The translations under genes and the position numbers were made by a program. A DNA stretch of 36,879 bases from Pseudomonadota bacterium (GTDB taxonomy: Bacteria; Bdellovibrionota_F; JAHFAK01; JBDREC01): the NCBI GenBank assembly GCA_043820105.1, contig JBDREC010000078.1, positions 1 to 36,879 of the forward strand, given 5' to 3'. Positions 27,010-36,111 of this stretch are shown here, piece after piece; within the stretch, counting starts at the first letter, position 1; every line of letters starts with the position of its first letter. Below the pieces are notes generated by a model that saw nothing but the letters and a program-made list of their open reading frames with translations, ran no database searches and was not told the DNA's origin.

Positions 27010-27819
27010 ATGAAAGAAAAGCTAATGCTAACAGTGCTAACAATCGCCGGCTCTGATCCTTGTGGTGGCGCAGGTGTTCAAGCCGACTTATGGACATTTC
27101 GTGATCTGGGGGTATATGGCTTAAGTGCGATTACCGCTCTTACGGCTCAAAACACATCAGAGCTTAGGTCTTTGCATATAGTAAAAGCGAATGTTTTGAA
27201 AGATCAATTGGATTCCCTGATTGAGGATTTCGATATTTCTGCAGTGAAAATCGGTATGGTTGGGGATTTAAAATTAGCTGAACTTATAGAAAAATATATT
27301 ATAGTTAATGAAATGAAAAACATTGTAGTTGATCCTGTTTTAACTTCTACAACTGGTAAAAATTTAAGCGATGATGATCTTAAAAGCTTTTATTTGGAAA
27401 AGCTTTTCCCTTTGGCAAAAGTTATAACACCAAATATTCCAGAGGCAGAAACCTTAACTGGGATTAAAATTGATAGTGAAGAAAATCTTGAGAAAGTTTT
27501 ATCAAAGCTTAAAGGCACAAATTGTGAATATGTTGTTCTTAAGGGAGGACATCTTGAAAAAATAACAAATAACAAATACCAAATGCCAAATACTACTTCT
27601 GATTTTATTTATGATGGAAAAAAAATAGAAACGCTTTCTCTTAAGACTATTGACACTTGTCAAGTGCGTGGTACGGGTTGCCGCTTTTCTTCTGCTATCG
27701 CCGCTAATATGGCAAAAGGATTGGAACCTCTTGTGGCTATATCAAAAGCTAAAGAATATGTTCATTTTGGAATCAAAAATTCTATTAAAATAGGGCAAGG
27801 AGCTAATTTAATTTTATGA
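27010..27819 (+). CDS. thiD: Hydroxymethylpyrimidine/phosphomethylpyrimidine kinase (start may be ATG 27025)
   Basis: LTIAGSDPCGGAGVQADL, TALTAQNT, VKIGM, VVDPV, ITPNIPEAE, VLKGGH, RGTGCRFSSAIAA. Confidence 0.95.
   Translation: MKEKLMLTVLTIAGSDPCGGAGVQADLWTFRDLGVYGLSAITALTAQNTSELRSLHIVKANVLKDQLDSLIEDFDISAVKIGMVGDLKLAELIEKYIIVNEMKNIVVDPVLTSTTGKNLSDDDLKSFYLEKLFPLAKVITPNIPEAETLTGIKIDSEENLEKVLSKLKGTNCEYVVLKGGHLEKITNNKYQMPNTTSDFIYDGKKIETLSLKTIDTCQVRGTGCRFSSAIAANMAKGLEPLVAISKAKEYVHFGIKNSIKIGQGANLIL
27557..27591 (+). repeat. Heptamer tandem repeat inside thiD
   Basis: aaaaaat-aacaaat-aacaaat-accaaat-gccaaat, encoding ..KITNNKYQMPN.. just after GGHL. Confidence 0.7.
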
Positions 27820-28943
27820 TAAAAACACCAGAAGATATTAAAAAAACAATTAACTTTTATGAAGAATCAGGGTTTGATGGCTTTTCAAAAAAAATGCTTA
27901 TGGAGTGTGATGAAAAATTTTTATTTTATTTTTTTTCTGTGTTATTTGAAGAGGCTAGTATTTGTGAATGTGAGCTTTCTTTAGAAAAATGGAGAGAGAA
28001 CCTGGCTTTCACAAATAGAAATAATGCAAGCTTTGTATTTTATTACAAATTAAAAAAAAATAAGCCTCAATTTATGCCACCAGATGAGATCTTAGGGGAT
28101 TTGAGATCAAAGTATCTTTCTGCCTGTTGTGCAAGCCTTGCTTCTATTCGGCAACTAAATGAATTGTTTTCAAAGTTTAATGAAGAAAAATTGTCTGTTA
28201 TTGTTTTTAAAGGGCCTGCTTTAGATCAATTTTTATATCCACAACAAGGCTTAAGAGTTTTTTCAGATATCGATCTTTTAGTAAATCCAAAGCAGTATAA
28301 TTTGTTTCATAAAGCAATTGGAAGCCTGTCGTATTTTAGCAAATATGATTCTAAAATAATGAAAAAAATTCAAGAATTGCATATAGAAGAAACTTTTTAT
28401 AATAAAAAAAATAATTATAAAGCAATTGATTTGCATTGGTCTTTAAATGCTTACAAGGGAATATTCCCAAAATTAAAAACTAAAGTATTCTTTGAAAAAT
28501 CTGTAGAGCATAATAAAATAAGAATATTTGATTTAATAGATACTTTCATTAGCTTGTCAATTCACCTTTTATTGACTCATGAAAATGAGATTGTTTTTAT
28601 CAGAATTTATGATCTTTATTTGGCTTTGCAAAAGATAATTGCTTCTGGTGATGTCTCTGAATTATTCGAAAGGGCTGCGAAAAATGAAACAACGGTTCTA
28701 ATTAAAAAAGCAATAAGTCTTGTTTTATTATGGACAGATCTTGAAATATCGGAAGATATACAGAGAAATTATAACCTTAATGAGTACTCTAAAGAAGAAA
28801 TCAAAATACTTAAGTATATTAGCAAACGCCACAAAAATCCATTTTATTGGCTTAAGGTTAGATTGCCAAAGGATAAAAATATTTTATCATCTTTAATTAT
28901 GTTAATTAGGTATGCAATATGCAGGAAGAAATATAAGCTTTAA
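27816..28943 (+). CDS. Uncharacterised nucleotidyltransferase family protein (NTP_transf_5-like), copy 2
   Basis: VFKGPAL...LYPQQGLRVFSDIDLLV, IDLHW. Paralog of 1665-2864. ATGA overlap with thiD. Confidence 0.85.
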   Translation: MIKTPEDIKKTINFYEESGFDGFSKKMLMECDEKFLFYFFSVLFEEASICECELSLEKWRENLAFTNRNNASFVFYYKLKKNKPQFMPPDEILGDLRSKYLSACCASLASIRQLNELFSKFNEEKLSVIVFKGPALDQFLYPQQGLRVFSDIDLLVNPKQYNLFHKAIGSLSYFSKYDSKIMKKIQELHIEETFYNKKNNYKAIDLHWSLNAYKGIFPKLKTKVFFEKSVEHNKIRIFDLIDTFISLSIHLLLTHENEIVFIRIYDLYLALQKIIASGDVSELFERAAKNETTVLIKKAISLVLLWTDLEISEDIQRNYNLNEYSKEEIKILKYISKRHKNPFYWLKVRLPKDKNILSSLIMLIRYAICRKKYKL

Positions 28944-28960
28944 AGGCAGATAAATCGGAA

Positions 28961-31900
28961 TTACCAGCTTCCTGGCCCACCCCATCTTCCGCCAAAAGCT
29001 CCCATGTCTGTTGCAGTGTCTACAAATCCATCTTCATCGAAATCATCGCCTGTTCCGTCTTCATCCCAATCATCATAAGAGCCATCAGCATCAACATCGC
29101 AAGTTCCTGCATCTATTCCAGGAGAATAAGCCCTTATCAAGAACTGATTAAAGGCAACTTCATCATCTGGATCACTTGGCTCTAAAATGTCTGGAATGCC
29201 GTTTGCATCAATATCAATAGTAATGTCCATGACAGTATCACTGTCCCCATCATAGGTTTTAATGAAGAGTTCTGGATCAGACCCAAGTATATTGTTATAT
29301 GCTGATGAATCCGAATAGTCAGTTTCCAGGCACCAGTCATCAGAGTTATTATCGAACATCAAATTATAATGAAATAAGGCAGTGTAAGTTGGACTTCCAG
29401 AATGTTCCATCGCAACACCACAATCCAGACTTTTCGCGATAATATTGTTTGCAATGTAAACAGGGGCATCCAGACTTTCATCCTTATAAATAGAACCAAA
29501 TCCCTGACCATTATTAAAGTAAAAAATATTATTGACGATATGTATCGGGTCTTCAGAAGATTCATTCGCCAGATATACAACGCCTTCAGCTGTACCATTG
29601 TTACCATTAGCATAAAAAATGTTGTTAAAAAATTCCATGCCATATGTGTGCTTAGCATAAAATGCTGCTCCATTATCTGTGGCATTGTTTTTAGTAAAAA
29701 TATTATTATGAATTTCATTTTCACCGTTTACATAATTCATATAAATAGCGCCACCACTTTCTGCTGAATTGCTAATATATCTGTTGTTGGTAATAGTATA
29801 GGCAGCATTATTTAAGGAACTATATATTGCTCCACCATAATTCTGTGCACTATTTGAAATGAAATCATTGTCGGAAATAATAATGGGATCTGTTGCTGCT
29901 GAAAAGAATATTGCTCCACCACTTAAGCTGCTTCCTGAATCAGCCTGGGCAGTGTTGTTATTAAATTCATTTCCTGAAATAGTAAATTCACTGTTCATAG
30001 AATAAAATGCACCACCTTTTGCTGCTGTGTTATTTGAGATGCTATTATTATCCAAAAGGCCAGCCTCAACATTGTTAAAGGCAATGGCACCACCAGAATT
30101 CGCGATATTGTTACTAATGGTTGTATTATTATCAATTGACACCGAATTGCCACTATACACATAAATAGCACCACCGTACGATCCAGCGGTGTTATTTGAA
30201 ATACTGGTGTTAGAACTAATTGAGATATTGTCAGAATTTTTTACGTAAATAGCACCAAAGGAAGCAAATGATTCATTATAATCAATAGCTATATTATTAT
30301 CAATTGAGACATTATCTGAAGCATTAAGATAAATTGCACTTCCTGAGGTTTCGGCAAAATTGTGGGAAATTATATTTTCTTCAATCATGCTTCCTGGTGA
30401 GCTATCCACGGTAATTGCTCCTCCATTGATCTCTGAATAATTATATTGCAGTTCATTTCCACTAATGAGGGCTTCAGAATTGTCAAGATATATAGCTGCT
30501 CCGTAACTCGCGGTCTGATTGCAGTTAATTTTGTTGGAAGCAATGATTAAATCCTGACTTAAATCTTTTGCGTAAATTCCACCGCCATTACCATGTCTGA
30601 TAGTAAAGCCTTTGATATTGGTTTCTGTTTCAGAGCCAGAATAAGTGGATAAAGAGTAACTGATAGCAACATCTTCCATATTTCCATCTATAATTGTATC
30701 TTCACGTCCTTTTAAGCTTAAAAGCTTAAGTTTTTTATCATTAATTATAAGGTTTTCTTCATAAATACCTTCAGCAACAACAATGCATGCTCCATCTTCC
30801 ACCGAATCAATAGCATCTTGTATTGTATCAAAATCACCTGTTCCATCTAAAGCAACATAATAATCATATGCAAACATTGCGTCAGTATCATCACAATCTC
30901 CAGCTTCCTCTGAATAAATTGAGGTAATCATATCTCCAGGGTTTGAACAAGCCTCTATAGAATTTTCAAAAAGTCCATAACCATCATTATCTCTATCAGG
31001 ATACCATGTTATCATGACATCTTCATCAACAGCTCCATCACAATCATTGTCAATAGAGTCGCAAATTTCCGCGGCACCGGGATTGATTGTTGCATCGCTA
31101 TCATTGCAATCTCCCTCTGTCGGCGAATAACCATCACTGTCATCATCAAAGCCACTAATTTCAGCCTCATATCCTGAACAATCTTGATCTATTCCGTCAA
31201 ACATCATGGCGTCGTCCAGGGCTCCGGGATTTATTGATGCGTCTGAATCGTTGCAATCAGTGTTATCTGCAACATAATCTGTTGGCTCAGAACAGGCTTT
31301 TGTTGTATTATCCGGATTTCCATATCCATCTTCATCATTATCCTTATAATAAGTTGTTTTTACATATTCATCAACTACATCATCACAATCATTATCTTTA
31401 GCATCACAAACTTCAGAGGCGCTTGGATATCTTTCAGCATCAGTGTCATCACAATCATCACTTAACTCAGCGTAACCGTCTGGCAAAGCACAAGCTTCAG
31501 TTGTTGTGTCACTTACTCCGTGATTATCTCCATCATCATCAATATAATAAGTTGTAAGTCCTATTATGAGTGGATCCTCATCATCTGATAAACCATCACA
31601 GTTATTATCTATTCCATCACAGATTTCTGAAGCACCTGGATAGGCACTAGCTTCTGTATCATTGCAATCAGTATTGTCTGCAACATATCCAGGAGTCGCA
31701 GTACAGGCAAATATTCCACTTGAGCTATCTCCATAACCATCAATATCACTATCCAAATAGAATGTTGTCATATCAATAGCATCAGAGTCAGTTATTCCAT
31801 CACAGTTATTATCAACTCCATCACAAACTTCATCCATGTCTGGATTTATTGCCCCGTCAGTATCATCACAATCTTCATCATTTGAAACAAAACTACTTGG

Positions 31901-32830
31901 CCTTTCACAGGCATAATCAATTGAAGCTGCATTCCCATAGCCATCACCATCAAGATCATGATACCAGGTTAAGACATCAATAGCATCAGCTTCATCGGTG
32001 CTTCCATCACAATCATTATCATCTCCATCACAGAATTCATCAGCTCCTGGATTAATATCAGCATCAAAATCATTACAATCAAGGTCTACTAATGACATTA
32101 ATGCAGAGGCATCAACATAACCTGACATAGCTCCACATGATTCGTAAGTTACTCCTGTTGTGTAGCCATCAGAATCATCGTCCTGATAGTAGACTGTTGA
32201 AGGTGCTTCCTCTGTATCAACAAGCCCATTGCAATTATTATCAATTCCATCTAAGCAGTCTTCTGGCGCCTGTGGATTTATTGAAGCATCTGAGTCATCA
32301 CAATCTTCATCATTGCTTTCATAATCATCTGGCTGAGCACAGGCTTGAATACTTGTTTCACTGCTTCCGTACCCATCTGTGTCCTCATCTAAGTACCAGG
32401 TGGAGGCATCTAGGGCATCAGCTTCATCAATTTCATCATCACAATCATTGTCAACTCCATCACAATATTCATTGGCACCTGGATAAATGCTTGCATCAGT
32501 GTCATCACAGTCGCCTGCCTCGACAGTTGAACCATCTCCGTCAGAGTCTGTTTCAGCGTCTCCATCGCCGTCTCCATCACCATCACCGTCCCCATCACCA
32601 TCGCCATCCCCATCACCATCACCATCACCGTCCCCATCGCCGTCTCCATCACCATCACCATCTCCATCACCATCGCCGTCTCCATCTCCATCTCCTTCAC
32701 CAGTCTGTCCATAAATTCCAGAATCATCTGTATCTTCATCTGTATTTGAACATGCGATAAAAGATGTTAATAAGAATAATGAAATTAATAAAAGTATAGA
32801 AATGTTTTTTATTTTGCCACTAGAGCCCAT
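28961..32830 (-). CDS. Large acidic surface lipoprotein: (GD)n linker, 8 putative metal-binding (MopE-type) repeats, right-handed beta-helix with GGAI repeats
   Basis: Lipobox-like SFIA-C. Eight DCxDxDAxIxPGAxExCDGxDNxCDG units plus one partial. GDFDTIQDAID...GIYEENL beta-helix cap, repeated NxAxxGGAI, C-terminal SPGIDAG...DMGAFGG. GGGAGA RBS favours ATG 32830 (ORF open from 32848). Confidence 0.85.
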   Translation of the reverse strand: MGSSGKIKNISILLLISLFLLTSFIACSNTDEDTDDSGIYGQTGEGDGDGDGDGDGDGDGDGDGDGDGDGDGDGDGDGDGDGDGDGDGDGDAETDSDGDGSTVEAGDCDDTDASIYPGANEYCDGVDNDCDDEIDEADALDASTWYLDEDTDGYGSSETSIQACAQPDDYESNDEDCDDSDASINPQAPEDCLDGIDNNCNGLVDTEEAPSTVYYQDDDSDGYTTGVTYESCGAMSGYVDASALMSLVDLDCNDFDADINPGADEFCDGDDNDCDGSTDEADAIDVLTWYHDLDGDGYGNAASIDYACERPSSFVSNDEDCDDTDGAINPDMDEVCDGVDNNCDGITDSDAIDMTTFYLDSDIDGYGDSSSGIFACTATPGYVADNTDCNDTEASAYPGASEICDGIDNNCDGLSDDEDPLIIGLTTYYIDDDGDNHGVSDTTTEACALPDGYAELSDDCDDTDAERYPSASEVCDAKDNDCDDVVDEYVKTTYYKDNDEDGYGNPDNTTKACSEPTDYVADNTDCNDSDASINPGALDDAMMFDGIDQDCSGYEAEISGFDDDSDGYSPTEGDCNDSDATINPGAAEICDSIDNDCDGAVDEDVMITWYPDRDNDGYGLFENSIEACSNPGDMITSIYSEEAGDCDDTDAMFAYDYYVALDGTGDFDTIQDAIDSVEDGACIVVAEGIYEENLIINDKKLKLLSLKGREDTIIDGNMEDVAISYSLSTYSGSETETNIKGFTIRHGNGGGIYAKDLSQDLIIASNKINCNQTASYGAAIYLDNSEALISGNELQYNYSEINGGAITVDSSPGSMIEENIISHNFAETSGSAIYLNASDNVSIDNNIAIDYNESFASFGAIYVKNSDNISISSNTSISNNTAGSYGGAIYVYSGNSVSIDNNTTISNNIANSGGAIAFNNVEAGLLDNNSISNNTAAKGGAFYSMNSEFTISGNEFNNNTAQADSGSSLSGGAIFFSAATDPIIISDNDFISNSAQNYGGAIYSSLNNAAYTITNNRYISNSAESGGAIYMNYVNGENEIHNNIFTKNNATDNGAAFYAKHTYGMEFFNNIFYANGNNGTAEGVVYLANESSEDPIHIVNNIFYFNNGQGFGSIYKDESLDAPVYIANNIIAKSLDCGVAMEHSGSPTYTALFHYNLMFDNNSDDWCLETDYSDSSAYNNILGSDPELFIKTYDGDSDTVMDITIDIDANGIPDILEPSDPDDEVAFNQFLIRAYSPGIDAGTCDVDADGSYDDWDEDGTGDDFDEDGFVDTATDMGAFGGRWGGPGSW
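32558..32695 (-). repeat. (GD)23 coding repeat
   Basis: 138 bp of GGN-GAY codon pairs with mixed third positions. Confidence 0.95.
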
Positions 32831-33074
32831 ATCTTTCTCCCAATTCAAAAATTATGAAAATTGAACTGCTTCTTTTGCCCTAAAAATGGTAAAATGACTA
32901 TCTAACTATTATTAAACATTATAATAATAAGAAAGTTCCGAATAGCTTATTTAGCAAGAAATATATCAATATAGAAAATTACGCGACATGTCAACGGAAT
33001 TCGGGCTTATGGATAAACATTTAGTTTTAATGTAAAAGGAATTAAGTTATAGATTTAAGATACTGGTAAAATAT

Positions 33075-35441
33075 CTATAAAGCGTTACAATATGGTACCT
33101 TAATATACTGAAGATCTGAACTGCTGTTTTGAAAAACTATCATGGCGATATTATTTACTGAATCCAGTGCAAGATCTGATCTAATATCTCCACCAACTAA
33201 AGAAGTGCCTATTTCAATAAAGTTCAATATGCCATCTCCAAAATCATTTCCATACATCATTTTTCCATTGGTTGAATCAAAGTAGATTATGTGTCTTGAA
33301 TTATCGTTTTTATCAATTGCTAAATTTGGTCGTTTTATAGTTGCAACTGCTGGGTTAATTGTTTCAAACTCCCATAAACCATTTGATTTTTTTGCATAAT
33401 ATAACATGTTTTCATTTGAATCCAAATATACTGTATGTAAATTGTTGCCCAGGTCCATGACCATTGAAGGTCTTGTTCCGATCTCTGAGGCTCCGTATGG
33501 ATTGGGGTCTGGTACATCTTCAATTGTCCAGGCACCCCAAGGATCAAGCCCTCTATCAAGGAAGCCATGTTGAAGGTTGTTATTTGTGTCATTAAAAAAT
33601 ACTGAATGGATATTGTCATTTGCATCAATGTCACCAGAAATATAATTTGTTTGATCAGTACTTATATATCTCCAATTTCCATTACAGGAAAATTGCTCAC
33701 AATAATAAGCAGGATCTGAAGACTCTTCATTACCATTTACATCAAAGCCTATATTGCAAAGCATATGTGTGTTGCTTAAGCTATCAATTAACAGGTTGTA
33801 ATAGTTTCCCATGCTTCTTTCTACTTGTGTGCTGATTGTATTATTTGCAGGGTCAGACCAAAGCATTGAATCTGTGGGTTTGTAAAAAAGAATATGTGGC
33901 ATATTCGAATTATTTGGATCTGTTTTAATGTCTATAGATCTTGCGAAAGTGCATTGGGACTCTTGGTTTTTGGACCAGGCAGCAAGTGATCCAGTAGCAT
34001 ATTTAAGACAGTTTCCATTATTATATGCAATATGTGGTATGCCATCGGAGCCTACTGCAATGCTGTTATATTCACCGGCGTTTTCTTCAATAATTCCACT
34101 TTCGATTGTACATTCACCATCCCCATCACCGTCACCATCGCCATCACCATCACCGTCGCCGTCACCATCACCGTCACCATCACCATCACCATCGCCATCA
34201 CCATCACCTGGTTCAGGATTGTTTTGTCTTAGACTTCCTTTTAAATATTTTAAACCCCAGTCTACTTCATTTTCTTGGCTAAAAAAAGATGTAACTAGAT
34301 GAAAACCTCTATTATCTAATACAAAAGAATGCTGGCCACCAAGATAATTTTCCTCAAGCAAATCATAAGACCAAGTATTAGCGACTTTACGATAAAGTCT
34401 TAAGCCATCTCCATTTGATGATGTTATGATTGGATTTTCTTTTTTTAAATTTATATGTATTCCTCTCTGCCCGTGATATGGAAGTTCCCCGATTACTTCC
34501 TCAGAAAAATTATTAAACTCTCCGTGAGTATAAATAAATTCATCAGAATCATTAACAAATACAGCATGAATAATACCATTTCTGTCAATTGTCGCATCTA
34601 TGGAATAATCCAATGAAATTGATTCTGCATGACTATGCAGTGGAGCTACAATAATATTTTCACTATCAAATGTTTTCCAGGCTATACTGGCTTTTTGGTT
34701 TGTGGTATCATAGTAAACTAGGTATAAGTTATTTTGAAAAAATAAAGCTTTTAATGGAGTGTATTCCGCAGTGTGTTGTGTGATATTGCTTATTTCCCAA
34801 TCACCACCTGCCAAAGCTTGTCTTGCATATTTAATTTCTTGCTCAATATGATCTTTATAGAAAAAATGTTTTCTTTGTGTTGCAATAATTAAGTTAGATA
34901 CATTTCGTGCACTTGTTCCTTCAATGCTTGCTTCTTCCCTATTTGATGGATCAAGAGGATCTTGACCAGGATCAATTATTTTTAAATATGTAACTTGAGG
35001 GTCATCATAAATGTATGGCAAGGTTAATATGTGCAGTGAATTATTGCGATCAAGTAATGTTTTGCTATTATAACCAGATGTTCCTTGAGAGATTAAATCA
35101 AAAAGCTCCCAGTTATTTTCTTTTAACTTGCGCGCAAATTTCAATTTTTTATCATTTACTGCAAAACTTTCAGCGTATACAGCAAATAATAATCTGTTTT
35201 GTGCTATCAACTCTAATGATGGATAATAACCCAAATCGCCCTGTTCAACAAATTCCGAATTTAAATTTAAACTCGATTTTTCACTCATTCCCACCAAGAC
35301 ATTTGGATCATATTCAAGGGAATCAGATCCTTGAGTATCTACATCTTTACCTCCACAAAATCCTACAACTCCCAAGGATAATGCTAATAAAAATGTGGAA
35401 ATCGCGATTATAAGGGCTGGAATTTTAAGTTGTTTCTTCAT
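33075..35441 (-). CDS. Exported (possibly lipo-) protein with two predicted beta-propeller-like regions joined by a (GD)n linker
   Basis: Signal peptide ending VVGF-C. Repeated SIAVxSxGxPHIxY...LKYA...W units on both sides of the linker. GGGGG RBS upstream. Confidence 0.7.
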   Translation of the reverse strand: MKKQLKIPALIIAISTFLLALSLGVVGFCGGKDVDTQGSDSLEYDPNVLVGMSEKSSLNLNSEFVEQGDLGYYPSLELIAQNRLLFAVYAESFAVNDKKLKFARKLKENNWELFDLISQGTSGYNSKTLLDRNNSLHILTLPYIYDDPQVTYLKIIDPGQDPLDPSNREEASIEGTSARNVSNLIIATQRKHFFYKDHIEQEIKYARQALAGGDWEISNITQHTAEYTPLKALFFQNNLYLVYYDTTNQKASIAWKTFDSENIIVAPLHSHAESISLDYSIDATIDRNGIIHAVFVNDSDEFIYTHGEFNNFSEEVIGELPYHGQRGIHINLKKENPIITSSNGDGLRLYRKVANTWSYDLLEENYLGGQHSFVLDNRGFHLVTSFFSQENEVDWGLKYLKGSLRQNNPEPGDGDGDGDGDGDGDGDGDGDGDGDGDGDGDGECTIESGIIEENAGEYNSIAVGSDGIPHIAYNNGNCLKYATGSLAAWSKNQESQCTFARSIDIKTDPNNSNMPHILFYKPTDSMLWSDPANNTISTQVERSMGNYYNLLIDSLSNTHMLCNIGFDVNGNEESSDPAYYCEQFSCNGNWRYISTDQTNYISGDIDANDNIHSVFFNDTNNNLQHGFLDRGLDPWGAWTIEDVPDPNPYGASEIGTRPSMVMDLGNNLHTVYLDSNENMLYYAKKSNGLWEFETINPAVATIKRPNLAIDKNDNSRHIIYFDSTNGKMMYGNDFGDGILNFIEIGTSLVGGDIRSDLALDSVNNIAMIVFQNSSSDLQYIKVPYCNAL
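34119..34208 (-). repeat. (GD)15 coding repeat
   Basis: 90 bp of GGN-GAY codon pairs. Confidence 0.95.
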
Positions 35442-35597
35442 TATTGTTCCCCCTCTACTGTTATTTTGTGTGTGCTTGGCAATTTCTTTTCTATTTCAAT
35501 GACTTATTGGAAATTAGCACAACTATATTATTATAACATATATATAAGGGGAATTCAAATTTATTAGATTCTTGAGACACTGGGGAACAGTGAGAGG

Positions 35598-35702
35598 AAG
35601 GGGTAAGTGGTAAGGGGTAAGTGGTAAGTGGTAAGTGGTAAGGGGTAAGTGGTAAGTGGTAAGGGGTAAGGGGTAAGTGGTAAGTGGTAAGTAGTATGTG
35701 GT
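35598..35702. repeat. Intergenic heptamer tandem array, 15 x AAG(T/G)GGT
   Basis: 13 exact aagtggt/aaggggt units followed by aagtagt and atgtggt. Confidence 0.95.
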
Positions 35703-35821
35703 AACGTCTTTCCTGTTGATTATTGAAAAATTTAACTAGTTACCGAACTGGAAACTGGGTCAAGCCACGGGATGATAACACGGGATGTTATGTTTTTTTG
35801 TTTTTGCCTCTTTTTCTTCTT

Positions 35822-35938
35822 ATATCTTAACTCTTAAATCTTAATCTTAATCTTAAATCCTAAGTAGTAAATATAACATTCAACTTTTTTCGATTAGGAT
35901 TAAAGAACCAAGAATTGTGAAAAATTGTAATCCTAATC
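35822..35938. repeat. Degenerate tcttaa(a) array plus 11-bp inverted repeat
   Basis: tcttaac-tcttaaa-tcttaa-tcttaa-tcttaaa-tcctaa, then gattaggatta (35892-35902) / taatcctaatc (35928-35938). Confidence 0.7.
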
Positions 35939-36111
35939 ATGATTAATTATTATACTTATTTTTAGGGGTTTTTTATGTTTTTTTTTCTAAAAATCTTCCT
36001 TTTTTAGTTTTTTGAAAACAGCTTAATTATTGGATATTTTATTTCTTTAAATTGATCTCTGATTATTGAAAATTTAATTTTGCTGGATGAATTTGAAGGA
36101 TATTTATTCTT

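Noticed and set aside
26920-27010. TPP riboswitch upstream of thiD
   Set aside because: No CTGAGA or other TPP aptamer core is present. The structure is explained by the heptamer arrays.
32137-34302. His-rich, (SP)n, Met-rich and (TI)n ORFs
   Set aside because: Alternative-frame and antisense shadows of the (GD)n repeats.
35598-35702. Telomere-like repeat or eukaryotic contamination
   Set aside because: It is a short internal array flanked by ordinary bacterial genes with Shine-Dalgarno sites.
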